Source: an uncultured Candidatus Saccharibacteria bacterium (GTDB lineage Bacteria; Patescibacteriota; Saccharimonadia; Saccharimonadales; Saccharimonadaceae). Taken from it: DNA of 64,000 bases. This document shows positions 47,800-57,346 of this stretch, piece by piece; within the stretch, counting starts at the first letter, position 1, and every line of letters begins with the position of its first letter. The notes below the pieces were generated by a model. It searched no databases and was not told the origin of the DNA. It saw only the letters and a program-made list of their open reading frames with translations. Both the position numbers and the translations under genes were made by a program. The stretch is taken from contig CAYMBV010000001.1 of the NCBI GenBank assembly GCA_964388795.1, forward strand, positions 238,701 to 302,700. The letters are read 5' to 3'.

Positions 47800-48789
47800 C
47801 TATCGCAATGAAATGACTACTTCATCACCCTCTTTGGCCTTCTTATTGATACGCTTGGCCTCATGAGCAATGGTCGCGATAGATAAATCGGGATTGTTTG
47901 CAAGTTCTATTATACCAGCTGAGACAGTAGTCTCGCTAGTGGTTATCGGTGTTTCGGCTGGCTGAGGTGGCGCCACCTCTTCTACAGGTGCGACGTAAGG
48001 GTTTGGTGCAGCCGGCTGGGGTGCGGGTGCAATAGACAGAGGTACCGTTAGCGGAGCTGCCATATTGGTCGTGTGTGTAGGGTCTGACAGGGGCTGAATA
48101 ACCGTCTGGTTAATAGCTGGATAGGGATTAAATTGTGGCGCGGGGGGGTCGAGTGCGGACGCTCGTGCTACTGCTGGGTCAGGGGTGAGGGTCGCCTGCA
48201 TCATACGTTCCCTTGCCTCTTCGCGCATTCGCTCAGTACTTTGCGCCATCATTTGGTCGAAGTTTTGTGCAACACCTGTTGTTGTGTCTAATACATCGGT
48301 TACACCTTGAGCCTCGAGGAACACATCACTATTCATTGAAGTTGCGGCCCCCGGCCCGCCAACCGCCCCACGAATTGCCCAGCCACCAGAGTCAACGATA
48401 CTCGCTAGGTACGTCAGGCGTTGCGCCGCTTCATCTTGAGATAAGTCTTTTGTACGCTTTACCTCAACGACTTTCGGGGCTGAAATTTCTATGAGCGTCT
48501 CTACCCCCTCTGGGTCCCAAAGGCGCTGGCGTGGCTTGAGGTAAAACGAGATAAGCGCTGCTAAATAAATTTCCATCGGCTGATCTTTACGTAGCGGTAA
48601 AGCCAGCGCCCCGAAGAACAAGATGATCGGTAAAGGAATAATTGCCAAGCCAATAAAAATCTGGGCGAGACCCCAGGCTAACGCCCCCGCTAAGGCGACG
48701 ACAATCAGGTAGACGAACTGACGAAAACTAAACGGACCGATGAGTTTATCATCTGCTTCAACGTCTTGGGGTACTTTGTAGGTTGCCAT
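47800..48789 (-). CDS. PrgI-family (VirB3-like) membrane protein with long Pro-rich tail
   Basis: YKVPQDVEADDKLIGPFSFRQF, two TMs, DQPMEIYL…KPRQRLW. Confidence 0.88.
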   Translation of the reverse strand: MATYKVPQDVEADDKLIGPFSFRQFVYLIVVALAGALAWGLAQIFIGLAIIPLPIILFFGALALPLRKDQPMEIYLAALISFYLKPRQRLWDPEGVETLIEISAPKVVEVKRTKDLSQDEAAQRLTYLASIVDSGGWAIRGAVGGPGAATSMNSDVFLEAQGVTDVLDTTTGVAQNFDQMMAQSTERMREEARERMMQATLTPDPAVARASALDPPAPQFNPYPAINQTVIQPLSDPTHTTNMAAPLTVPLSIAPAPQPAAPNPYVAPVEEVAPPQPAETPITTSETTVSAGIIELANNPDLSIATIAHEAKRINKKAKEGDEVVISLR

Positions 48790-48798
48790 AGCTTGAGT

Positions 48799-51700
48799 TT
48801 ACCTGCGAGGTGCGGGGTTAGTAGCGATATCCATAATTGCATTACGGTTGTTGCCTATGAGTCCTGATATATCTGGGTTACTAAAGGCCTCGTTAGCAGC
48901 ATCGATAAGCTCGCCTTGAATCCCTCCAGTCGGGTTTGTTGCGGTAGCCGTTGTCTGCTGGCTGAGTAAGTATCCGAGCTCTTCTTTTGAGGTAGAGGCA
49001 ACCTTTTGAGCGGAGTACCGATCGCCACCATTTGCCGCAAGGTATTCCAGAGTCTGCTCGCCCGCAACCCCTTCACTGCGTGAAAGTTGCCCAAGGACGC
49101 CTTGTCCAATGAAGCCTGGTTTTTCGGCAAAGCTTGAAAATGCTTGAGCAACACGCCGCTTAACCGCAGGACTTTCTCCAAGCATTCCATTCCAACTAGA
49201 CTGCAAATCACCGAAGTTACCTCTGCGCGTTTGTTCCATCATCGCAGCGGCACGAGCAGCTCCGTCTCGTCCGTTGATTCCCTTTACGGCCTCACCACCC
49301 GCAACGCGCTTCAGGTCGGCATCCGAAATATTAGCCTGTTTAATCTGTGCGTTTGCTGCATCTATATCCTCAACATCAAGCTTATTTGCCAATGCCGCAG
49401 ATTGTTGAGCAAGCTTTGTGCCCGCAGTACCGCTAATGCGACTAGCGTTAAAGGCACCACTAGCTGCCGAGCTTAACTTTGAGAGAGGATTCTTTCCGGT
49501 ATAAACCCCACCCGTAATTTGCGCACGTCGAATCTGGGCATTGCGCCTCCGAGCCTCATTAAGTGCGGCAAGTCGTGATGTACTCTTGTACTTACCGCCA
49601 ATATTTCCACCGGCCTTATTGGCAAGCCCAGACAGCTTCGCTCCTAGTTGTCCAGTTGCACTCAGGGCACCCTTTAGCAGCGAGGGAACAATAAATAGTG
49701 GTATCACGGCAATACCTATTCCCATAAGTTGACGAACCATGTCATCCCCTGCGCTATCGTAAATAATCTTTCCAGCAAGACCTGAAGCTCCAAAGACGAC
49801 AGCGATAATTGGAAATAGGAGGAGTAAGCTAAAGAATAACTTGTACCATTTTTTAAACCAGTCTTCGGTATTTGGTAGTAGATAAGCGACAAAAGCTAAA
49901 GGAGAAATGATAAGCAGTAAGATAATAAGTGCTGTACGCCCTAATAGAATGAGTACAATCATTAACAGGGCAAGTACTACCGCAAGAAGAATCGGAACAG
50001 TAATAGAAAACAGTAGTGTTACTCCCCCTGCTATGACGCCAGCAACAATAAGAGCGATACCCAGACCGTTCCCTGTGGCATCAGCCGATACTGTGCTTGC
50101 GGGTTGAACTAACGTTCCAATACTATCGAACAGTGACTTGAGTGAGTAGCCAAGGATATTTGATAAATCAATTGCAACCTGACAAATAAAGAATGATATG
50201 TTGACGAGAATCGCCGCAATAACAAGACGAGGAAGCATTTTTTTCACACCGTAGTTAGTGACACCGTACCCGGTTAATTGGGAGAAGATAATAATAAGGA
50301 AGACGATAACGAATGCCACATTGGCGAAGTTACGCATTACAACCCATGCGTTATAGGCAGGCCCACCAACCTGCACGTAGTCGGCACTTGTTTCTAGGAA
50401 GCTGGTTGAAAGGAAGTCGAAGGCTGTGTCAGAGATGCTACCCAAGAAACCTAGCAGTGGACAAATAACCCACCCTAGACCTTCTATGCCACAGGAAGTG
50501 CCGTCTGTTGCGGCGGGGTCTTCAGGGTCTGTTGGTGTGGCTGTCTCTAATATGGTGTCGGTCAGCTTTAGTGCCGCACCCTCAAGACAGGCCTCTCGTC
50601 TATCTTTATTAGGATCAACAATTGGTTTGTTTGGGTTTGCACTCAAGTTATCGTTTACAGGGTAGTTAGATGCACAGTAGTTTGGGTTGTCTCTATTTAC
50701 CCCTCCGGCAATACATGCACCAAGAAGCCCGTCTGCAGTGTATTTTAGAGTATTGTAGCAGATCTCCCCTACTGTTTTTCCACCGCTATCGGTTGGCAGC
50801 CCTTGCCCTAGAAAGCAGGCATTTTGGAGATTTGCTCCACCGGTCGCGGTATTGACCGTGCCGCCCGCCTTTGCACAAGAGATATAGTCGAACTTGTTAA
50901 CAGCTCCTTTGGCGCAGGCTTCAATGAATACAGAGTTATTTGATTGAGCTGGGAAAGAGTTGCGACATATATCCATGCCAATCCACTGGGCGTACGCCTC
51001 TGCATTATTGCTAGTGAGACTAGATATTGTGTCTGAACAGGGTTTGTTATTAAAGTCGTAAACATCCTTCTTTCGTTCAAAGGGTATGAATAAAGGCTCT
51101 TCTTTAGGGTTGCTCATCCCCCAACTCTCGGTTTTTATAACGCCCGTTTTACTATCAACTATCTTAATACTAATGATATTAGTGCTGCCACCCTTAACAC
51201 CTCCACAGGTGGTTTTCAGTTCGCCAAGTGCCGAGAGGTAGGACGCCGCCTTGTACTTGATTGTACTAGAGCCTGTTGGGTCGGTGCCTCCAAGGTAAGG
51301 TAGTGATTTAAGTTTATTTAATACACTCCCTGTAGTGCTTGAGGGCTCTCTCGCTAGATCATTCTTACATTTATAGGTACCTGACTCAATCGCACATTTA
51401 TATCCCAGTGATTCAAGGGACGCTCTACCACCATCGACCTTAACACCAAGATAGCTGAAAGCTGCATTGATCCAGCCGGGCATTTCATCTTTCTCACCAT
51501 TACAGTTACTTTTACCGTTTTGGTCACCCCACTGATCAATATTCTTTCCGATGTGTACTCCTTCAATACTGTTCCACATCCACCACCGCGGGCCTTTATC
51601 AATATCATCACCGGAAATTTCTTTTTTGAATCCCCTATCATTTTCCGAGTCTTCTATGCCACAGATTCTTAATAGCGAAAAGTACTTTATTGCCTTAGAG

Positions 51701-51864
51701 ATGTTATTTAGATTCGTTTCTTGGGCGAATGTACCTGAAGCGGCTTGTGCGTGAGCTTGTTGCGCACCCCAGAAGCTTGTCAATACTACCGCAAAGAGAG
51801 CGACAACTAGCGCTATTAGCTTAATAGTAAGATGTTGAGAAATAATAGAAGACAGCTTAAGCAT
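48799..51864 (-). CDS. VirB6/TrbL-like polytopic protein with ~450-aa Cys-rich N-terminal ectodomain
   Basis: Signal peptide; core WVVMRNFAN…KKMLPRLVIAAILVNISF…DLSN, R…IILLLIISPLAFVAYLLP…WFKKW; Gly/Ala-rich C-terminal tail. Confidence 0.8.
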   Translation of the reverse strand: MLKLSSIISQHLTIKLIALVVALFAVVLTSFWGAQQAHAQAASGTFAQETNLNNISKAIKYFSLLRICGIEDSENDRGFKKEISGDDIDKGPRWWMWNSIEGVHIGKNIDQWGDQNGKSNCNGEKDEMPGWINAAFSYLGVKVDGGRASLESLGYKCAIESGTYKCKNDLAREPSSTTGSVLNKLKSLPYLGGTDPTGSSTIKYKAASYLSALGELKTTCGGVKGGSTNIISIKIVDSKTGVIKTESWGMSNPKEEPLFIPFERKKDVYDFNNKPCSDTISSLTSNNAEAYAQWIGMDICRNSFPAQSNNSVFIEACAKGAVNKFDYISCAKAGGTVNTATGGANLQNACFLGQGLPTDSGGKTVGEICYNTLKYTADGLLGACIAGGVNRDNPNYCASNYPVNDNLSANPNKPIVDPNKDRREACLEGAALKLTDTILETATPTDPEDPAATDGTSCGIEGLGWVICPLLGFLGSISDTAFDFLSTSFLETSADYVQVGGPAYNAWVVMRNFANVAFVIVFLIIIFSQLTGYGVTNYGVKKMLPRLVIAAILVNISFFICQVAIDLSNILGYSLKSLFDSIGTLVQPASTVSADATGNGLGIALIVAGVIAGGVTLLFSITVPILLAVVLALLMIVLILLGRTALIILLLIISPLAFVAYLLPNTEDWFKKWYKLFFSLLLLFPIIAVVFGASGLAGKIIYDSAGDDMVRQLMGIGIAVIPLFIVPSLLKGALSATGQLGAKLSGLANKAGGNIGGKYKSTSRLAALNEARRRNAQIRRAQITGGVYTGKNPLSKLSSAASGAFNASRISGTAGTKLAQQSAALANKLDVEDIDAANAQIKQANISDADLKRVAGGEAVKGINGRDGAARAAAMMEQTRRGNFGDLQSSWNGMLGESPAVKRRVAQAFSSFAEKPGFIGQGVLGQLSRSEGVAGEQTLEYLAANGGDRYSAQKVASTSKEELGYLLSQQTTATATNPTGGIQGELIDAANEAFSNPDISGLIGNNRNAIMDIATNPAPRR

Positions 51865-51917
51865 AACTGCCTTCTATTAAACCACATTACTGCTTATATT
51901 TACATATAACTAAAGGG

Positions 51918-52793
51918 CTAGTTGAACTCTTTGGTTGCCCAGATTTGCCTGCCAGGTTCGCCAATAAGACAAATGGTGATATCTTCTGTATGTACTCGGT
52001 CGGTGACATTTGTATCACGGCAAGTTAGACCGGCACTGTCCTTGTATAGTTCAGACGCAGAGTTAACCGTCGGAACTCCACCTGCACTACTAGCGGCAAG
52101 TGTTCGTCCAGTACCAGCAATCTGGCTGTCTCCTCCTAGCTCGTTAATATAGGCATCAAGGTTGCGGTACCCCGAGGAGTTTGCGCCTTCAAGAAAGGTG
52201 GTTGCGATTACTTTACGGGCAGTTTGACCGTCGAGAGTGCGATTTACACCGTCAGTAATAGTGAGGCTCATTCCACGCATGCTAGATATAAAAGCCCACG
52301 CCTGCTCTGGGGTGTTCTCTTCACCCACCGCTGCAGGAAGATTGATATCAGCAAAGTCTCCAGAAATAGAGTAGTAGCTATTTGCAAACCCAGCTAAGTC
52401 AAATTTTTGCGCCATGCCTAACGCATAATGGGCACGGGTAGCATCATTCTGGGCGCTAATCTCTGCAGGGGTAAGGGGCTCAAGCGCTTGAATTTCAGAA
52501 TAAGGAACACCGAAATCGTACCTATCGGGCATTTCTGTCGCTGGCTTTGTTTCGGTAGGTTCTGGAGCGGGAGTTTCTGGCTCTGGTGTCGCCTCCTGGC
52601 TCTGAGTCGTCGTTGGCTTCGGCGCTTCATCAGGCGCACAGCCAGCTAAGGCGCTAATACCAATACCTACAACAAGCGCAGTTTCTATAATCTTACCTTC
52701 AGGGCGACGTAATACGTTGCCGATCTTCTTGAATACACCAGCTTCTGTCGCGTTAGTGGCAACATCGGCTGTACTAGGTTGATGACGGTCCAT
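51918..52793 (-). CDS. Putative lipoprotein with PT/PE-rich linker
   Basis: Likely start ATG 52793 (GAGGA upstream); hydrophobic stretch ending in lipobox LAG|C; EATPEPETPAPEPTETKP linker. Confidence 0.7.
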   Translation of the reverse strand: MDRHQPSTADVATNATEAGVFKKIGNVLRRPEGKIIETALVVGIGISALAGCAPDEAPKPTTTQSQEATPEPETPAPEPTETKPATEMPDRYDFGVPYSEIQALEPLTPAEISAQNDATRAHYALGMAQKFDLAGFANSYYSISGDFADINLPAAVGEENTPEQAWAFISSMRGMSLTITDGVNRTLDGQTARKVIATTFLEGANSSGYRNLDAYINELGGDSQIAGTGRTLAASSAGGVPTVNSASELYKDSAGLTCRDTNVTDRVHTEDITICLIGEPGRQIWATKEFN

Positions 52794-52969
52794 AGTGGTG
52801 GCGGTCCTCGTTTGGGTTAATACCAGCAAAACTGTTGACATACTTGCTGTTTGTTCTATATATACCACTAATGGTTGAAAAAGTCAATAGGCTCATGATA
52901 AGCAGGATACATATAATAACTACACAAAACTTGCAAAATCACCACTAACACCGTATCGTATAAATAACT

Positions 52970-53407
52970 ATGAAAACCATAAAACAAACAATACGAAATG
53001 CAGTGCTGGGTGCGTTTTTGGTGTTTGGCTTATTTTTTGCCACCGCACCACTGACGGCCTCCCCTGTGAGCGCCGCAGGACAGTGTGGCGGTGCGACCAC
53101 GTCTATTATTAGTTGTGGCGAAGATAATAAAGATAAAGACGGTGACGGCAAGGTAGGCTATAACGAAACCGGTGTCTGGGCTATTCTTGTTATTGCTATT
53201 AATATTCTAACCGCAGGGGTTGGCGTTCTCGCCCTTGCCGGCATTGTTTACGGCGCTATTCTTTATATGTCTGCAGGCGGTAACGCTGAACAGGTAAAAA
53301 AGGCCTACGGTATTTTCACTAACGTTGTTATCGGCGTCATCGCCTTTGCTGGTATGTGGGCGTTACTGAACTTCCTCATTCCGGGGGGAGCCTTTAACCT
53401 ACTATGA
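52970..53407 (+). CDS. VirB2/TrbC-like pilin 1
   Basis: Signal peptide, Cys pair, two hydrophobic helices around GAILYMSAGGNAEQVKKA. Confidence 0.85.
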   Translation: MKTIKQTIRNAVLGAFLVFGLFFATAPLTASPVSAAGQCGGATTSIISCGEDNKDKDGDGKVGYNETGVWAILVIAINILTAGVGVLALAGIVYGAILYMSAGGNAEQVKKAYGIFTNVVIGVIAFAGMWALLNFLIPGGAFNLL

Positions 53408-54210
53408 AAAAAATCTTACATATAATGACACATACTATTGCCGCTGGGGCGATGCTGTTGTTTCTGGCATTGCCAGTCGCCTCTTTAGCGGTCGTCGCTT
53501 CTCCAGCCCTAACTTTTGCTGAAGATCCTCCGGCGGCTACAGGTGGCACAACCACCACTACTCCAGGTGCTTCGGGTACTCCGGCTACCTCAACTACCCC
53601 TGCCGACTGTGGCAGTGGTTTCCTTGGTATCCGCCCTTGGTACTACGGCCTAGCTGACCCTGCGGCTGATTGTGCGATTAAAGCACCTTCATCGAGCGAC
53701 TCTAACGCCCTTGGTACATTCATCTGGGCGATTGTTCTTAACTGTATCGACATTGCCCTCACTCTTGCTGCCTATGTTGCCGTCGTCTTTATTGTCTATG
53801 GTGGCTTCCTGTTTATTACTGGAGGTGGCGTGGCGACGCAAATTGAGCGAGCGCGTAAGACTATCTTTAATGCCGTCATTGGGCTAGTCATCGCCATGGG
53901 TGCGATTGGTATCGTTCGATTTGTCTTTAATGCCTTCGGGACGGCTGCATCTGGTGCAACGGCAAATGGTTTCCAGAAGTTTACAGCTGCCGAACTACTT
54001 CACAGTGGCCTTAATACCGTGTACTTCTTGGGAGGTCTTATTACGGTCCTCGTTATCATTATTGCCGGTATTAACTACGCTACTTCTGGTGGCGATTCAG
54101 GAAAAGTCTCAAAAGCAAAAAATACACTCACCTACGCCATTGTTGGTTTGGTGATAATCCTGGCAGCTTTTGCGATAACTAACTTTATAATGAGGAGCTT
54201 TGCACAATAA
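53404..54210 (+). CDS. Tandem two-domain VirB2/TrbC-like pilin
   Basis: Two pilin units: YGGFLFITGGG…ERARKTIFNAVIGL and IAGINYATSGGDSGKVSKAKNTLTYAIVGL. Confidence 0.85.
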   Translation: MKKILHIMTHTIAAGAMLLFLALPVASLAVVASPALTFAEDPPAATGGTTTTTPGASGTPATSTTPADCGSGFLGIRPWYYGLADPAADCAIKAPSSSDSNALGTFIWAIVLNCIDIALTLAAYVAVVFIVYGGFLFITGGGVATQIERARKTIFNAVIGLVIAMGAIGIVRFVFNAFGTAASGATANGFQKFTAAELLHSGLNTVYFLGGLITVLVIIIAGINYATSGGDSGKVSKAKNTLTYAIVGLVIILAAFAITNFIMRSFAQ

Positions 54211-54590
54211 TGAAACGACTAAAACTATTTATCGCCAGCCTAACGATCGCCGTTTTTGGCGCAGTAGCGGTTGTTCCTGCGACAACAACTTATGCACTTG
54301 ACCCACTAGGAGACATTTGTAGTTCTCCTGATAGCGCAAGCAACGAAGTATGTAAAAATAAAAACGATGACGCAATGAAGCTGATCGGGGTCGCAATTAA
54401 TACACTACTATTTATTGTCGGTGCCCTGGCGGTTGTCATGATTATCTATGGCGGTATCCGCTACACCACTTCGGCTGGTAATGCATCATCTGTCACTGCC
54501 GCAAAAAACACTATTCTCTATGCAGTCGTCGGTTTAGTGGTCGCCTTCTTGGCTTACGCGGTCGTCAACTGGGTATTGAAACTGTTTTAA
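54210..54590 (+). CDS. VirB2/TrbC-like pilin 3
   Basis: YGGIRYTTSAGNASSVTAAKNTILYAVVGL; Cys pair after the signal peptide. Confidence 0.9.
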   Translation: MKRLKLFIASLTIAVFGAVAVVPATTTYALDPLGDICSSPDSASNEVCKNKNDDAMKLIGVAINTLLFIVGALAVVMIIYGGIRYTTSAGNASSVTAAKNTILYAVVGLVVAFLAYAVVNWVLKLF

Positions 54591-54678
54591 TACGACTCGG
54601 TTTTGCCCTCAGGGGTTAACAAACCGTTAAAAATCTGCTATAACTAACCTAGATTTCATAAGAAAGGATTCACTAACA

Positions 54679-55083
54679 ATGAAACAACTATTTACAAAAA
54701 AGCTGACTGCATTCGTCGCTGCTTTCATTTTCGCAGCAATGGCGTTGTTTGTTCCAGCACCTACTACTTACGCAGCAGACTGTAGCGCTGGTGTGGGCGG
54801 TGGCGCTAGTGCCGGTCTCGACTGTGCTAAGGGCGAAGACGTGCCTGACCAGCTGTTTGGCGAGGGATCAATCTTTACCACAGTGGTAAACGTGATGCTC
54901 TTTATCATCGGTGCGATTAGCGTTATTATGCTTATCTTCGGTGGTATTCGCTACACTACTTCGGCTGGTAACGCTGCAGCCGTCACCGCAGCTAAGAACA
55001 CTATCATGTACGCTATCATCGGTTTGGTCGTTGCCTTCCTGGCATTCGCAGTGGTGAACTGGGTACTTGGTCAGCTCGTCTAG
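54679..55083 (+). CDS. VirB2/TrbC-like pilin 4 (own promoter and AAAGGA RBS)
   Basis: FGGIRYTTSAGNAAAVTAAKNTIMYAIIGL; TGcTATAAC upstream; followed by a terminator. Confidence 0.9.
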   Translation: MKQLFTKKLTAFVAAFIFAAMALFVPAPTTYAADCSAGVGGGASAGLDCAKGEDVPDQLFGEGSIFTTVVNVMLFIIGAISVIMLIFGGIRYTTSAGNAAAVTAAKNTIMYAIIGLVVAFLAFAVVNWVLGQLV

Positions 55084-55108
55084 TAAAGAGATATCCTTTC
55101 TTGACAAC

Positions 55109-55133
55109 AAACCCCCGCTTTTGGCGGGGGTTT
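55109..55133 (+). terminator. Terminator after pilin 4
   Basis: AAACCCCCGC-loop-GCGGGGGTTT followed by T. Confidence 0.8.
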
Positions 55134-55142
55134 TAGTATCTA

Positions 55143-55166
55143 AAAGAAAACGTCCCTTTCGGGACG
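55143..55166 (-). terminator. Terminator after hsp20
   Basis: Minus strand CGTCCC-GAAA-GGGACG-TTTTCTTTT. Confidence 0.75.
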
Positions 55167-55193
55167 CTTTCGTAAGAGCAAGATCCAAATAGC

Positions 55194-55655
55194 CTATTGA
55201 ATTTGAATCTTTTTAGCAGCTTCTTGTTTGATTTTGTTAAAGCTGATGGTCAGAACGCCGTCTTTAAGGACTGCGTCTACTTCGTCTTCTTTGACACTAA
55301 CAGGTAGTGCAAGTGTTCGACTGAATTCGCCCCAGTAACATTCTTGAATGTGCCAGTTGGTTGCTTCGTCGTCGTCACCGCTACTTAGGGTGCCGCTGAT
55401 AGTTAGGATGCCGTCGCTAATGCTAACGTCGAGATCTTCTTTGTTCACGCCGGCCGTGCGGGCTTTTACAACAAGCTTCTCTTCTGTCTCGTAGACGTCT
55501 ACGGCCAGTTGGCCCAAGAATTCTTCTTGACTGTCATCCCAGTTGTCGTCGCTCGCAGGTGCGGCCGTGTCAGTTGGTGTCAGATCGTCGTCGCTAAGGA
55601 AAGCTGCTGCCAGCTCGTCCTCAATGAGTAAATCTTCGTTTGGTTTACGGGCCAT
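55194..55655 (-). CDS. Small heat-shock protein (Hsp20/alpha-crystallin)
   Basis: Start corrected to ATG 55655 (GGAGG RBS); VDVYETEEKLVV, AGVNKEDLDV, WGEFSRTLALP, LKDGVLTI. Confidence 0.93.
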   Translation of the reverse strand: MARKPNEDLLIEDELAAAFLSDDDLTPTDTAAPASDDNWDDSQEEFLGQLAVDVYETEEKLVVKARTAGVNKEDLDVSISDGILTISGTLSSGDDDEATNWHIQECYWGEFSRTLALPVSVKEDEVDAVLKDGVLTISFNKIKQEAAKKIQIQ

Positions 55656-55734
55656 GATATCCTCCACTTTCTCTAGGCTCATTTGACAAATAGTCCTTCG
55701 TATTATACCGACGATGTGAGGTATAATCAACTAA

Positions 55735-56427
55735 ATGGGTGGTATAAACGTAAAAAATACAATAGTTGAACGGGTACTACAAAACATAGCGCCCCACCAC
55801 TGTTACAGCTGTGGGAAAGTGGGTATCCTACTATGCCCACGTTGTAAAGATGACATCATGCATGAGCCATTTGTCGGCTGTTTCTTGTGCGGAAGGGCTT
55901 CTCGGGGTGGTGTTTGTGAGAACCACGAATCACCTATTGCGCGAACGTTCATCGTTAGTCAGCGGGAAGGTGTTTTACGGGCTATTATTGACGCATTGAA
56001 ATTTCACCATACGAAAGCTGCGGCAAAAGAGTTAGCACTATTGCTCCACGAGCGCCTGCCCGTTCTGCCCAACAAGACAATACTCGTACCAATCCCTACG
56101 GTGAGTTCACACATTCGCCAGCGAGGCTATGATCAGGTTGAGCTTATTGCACAGGAGCTTGCTTTACTACGCCACCTGCCGATACAACGACTACTGGGAC
56201 GAACCGGCCGTGCAACACTGCACACCCTGAACCGATCTGACCGACACCAAGCGGCCCAACAGGCTTTTGAGGCACTTGCGGACGAAGCAATGCCAGAAGA
56301 TACAATTATTCTTCTCCTTGATGACATTGTCACCACGGGTGCAACACTACAAAGTGCTGCTCGAGTTTTACGCCCGCTAGGCGTACCAATATGGATGGCG
56401 GCAATTGCCTACCAGCCTCTCGACTAA
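55735..56427 (+). CDS. comF: ComF family (Zn finger + phosphoribosyltransferase-like)
   Basis: CYSC…CPRC…CFLC; RQRGYDQ; LLLDDIVTTGATL. Confidence 0.92.
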   Translation: MGGINVKNTIVERVLQNIAPHHCYSCGKVGILLCPRCKDDIMHEPFVGCFLCGRASRGGVCENHESPIARTFIVSQREGVLRAIIDALKFHHTKAAAKELALLLHERLPVLPNKTILVPIPTVSSHIRQRGYDQVELIAQELALLRHLPIQRLLGRTGRATLHTLNRSDRHQAAQQAFEALADEAMPEDTIILLLDDIVTTGATLQSAARVLRPLGVPIWMAAIAYQPLD

Positions 56428-56464
56428 TCTGCGTTCATCTGTTAAAATAACCAAAGTCCAATAT

Positions 56465-56552
<88 letters not shown>

Positions 56553-56600
56553 ATTAAAAAAGCCCCGTAGGGCTCTTTTTATTTTCAGTTAACACTTTGA

Positions 56601-57002
56601 TTAGACGTCTGTAAACCCAGCCGACCCACCCGGCATTATAGTACCGAGAACAAAATTAATAGCGGCAAAGGCTAAGAAAGCAACAATAAGCCCGACAATC
56701 GCGTAAAGAATGGTGTTCTTTGCAGCGGTAACGGCTGCTGCATTACCGGCTGAAGTGGCGTAACGAAAACCACCGAAGATAACCATAATAACTGCTAAGG
56801 CGCCAACGGCAAACAAAAGAGTATTGGTAATGGTCGTAATAACGCCACCATCACCAAAGAGCGTTGCAGGTACACCGTTACCCCTTGCCGCTTCGGCACC
56901 TGCCTGAACACTTGATTGTGCGCCAACCGCGCTCACCCCAATAGTCAGCGCGACGGCGATTGAGAGTGTGAGGCTGGTGATAATTCCAAAAACTTTCTTC
57001 AT
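56601..57002 (-). CDS. VirB2/TrbC-like pilin 5 (separate, inverted, Cys-free)
   Basis: FGGFRYATSAGNAAAVTAAKNTILYAIVGL. Confidence 0.9.
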   Translation of the reverse strand: MKKVFGIITSLTLSIAVALTIGVSAVGAQSSVQAGAEAARGNGVPATLFGDGGVITTITNTLLFAVGALAVIMVIFGGFRYATSAGNAAAVTAAKNTILYAIVGLIVAFLAFAAINFVLGTIMPGGSAGFTDV

Positions 57003-57099
57003 GTATTTATGTACACCTATTACATAACTATATTGTTATTATAGCAAATAGTGGCGTAAAACGCTAGTCCCACCCCCTATTTTATGCTACAATCGTCTA

Positions 57100-57183
57100 A
57101 AGTTAGTACCCAAGTGGCTGCTGCGTGATACGCAAATAATGTGACGGAAACCGTCCTATTGGCAGTACGAAGCTCTAACATAC
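57100..57183 (+). ncRNA. tRNA-like structured element directly upstream of tRNA-Ser(GCT)
   Basis: 16-nt exact copy of the tRNA position 6-21 segment (57105-57120 = 57189-57204); closing stem GTTAG/CTAAC; two internal hairpins; starts ~6 nt after TGcTACAAT. Confidence 0.45.
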
Positions 57184-57276
57184 GGAGGAGTACCCAAGTG
57201 GCTGAAGGGGACGGTTTGCTAAATCGTTAGTCTGGGGAGACCTGGAGCGGGAGTTCGAATCTCCCCTCCTCCGCCA
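57184..57276 (+). tRNA. tRNA-Ser (GCT)
   Basis: GGAGGAG…ACGGT-TT-GCT-AA-ATCGT, long variable arm, GGGAGTTCGAATCTCCC, CCA. Confidence 0.97.
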
Positions 57277-57287
57277 ACATTATGAGA

Positions 57288-57315
57288 ATATCGTCCGAAA
57301 GGGCGATGTTTTTTT
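57288..57315 (+). terminator. Terminator after tRNA-Ser(GCT)
   Basis: ATATCGTCC-GAAA-GGGCGATGT followed by a T-run. Confidence 0.8.
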
Positions 57316-57346
57316 GCATAAACACCATGTTATACTAAAAAATAGC

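Noticed and set aside
55656-55734. CIRCE/HrcA operator upstream of hsp20
   Set aside because: No TTAGCACTC-N9-GAGTGCTAA inverted repeat.
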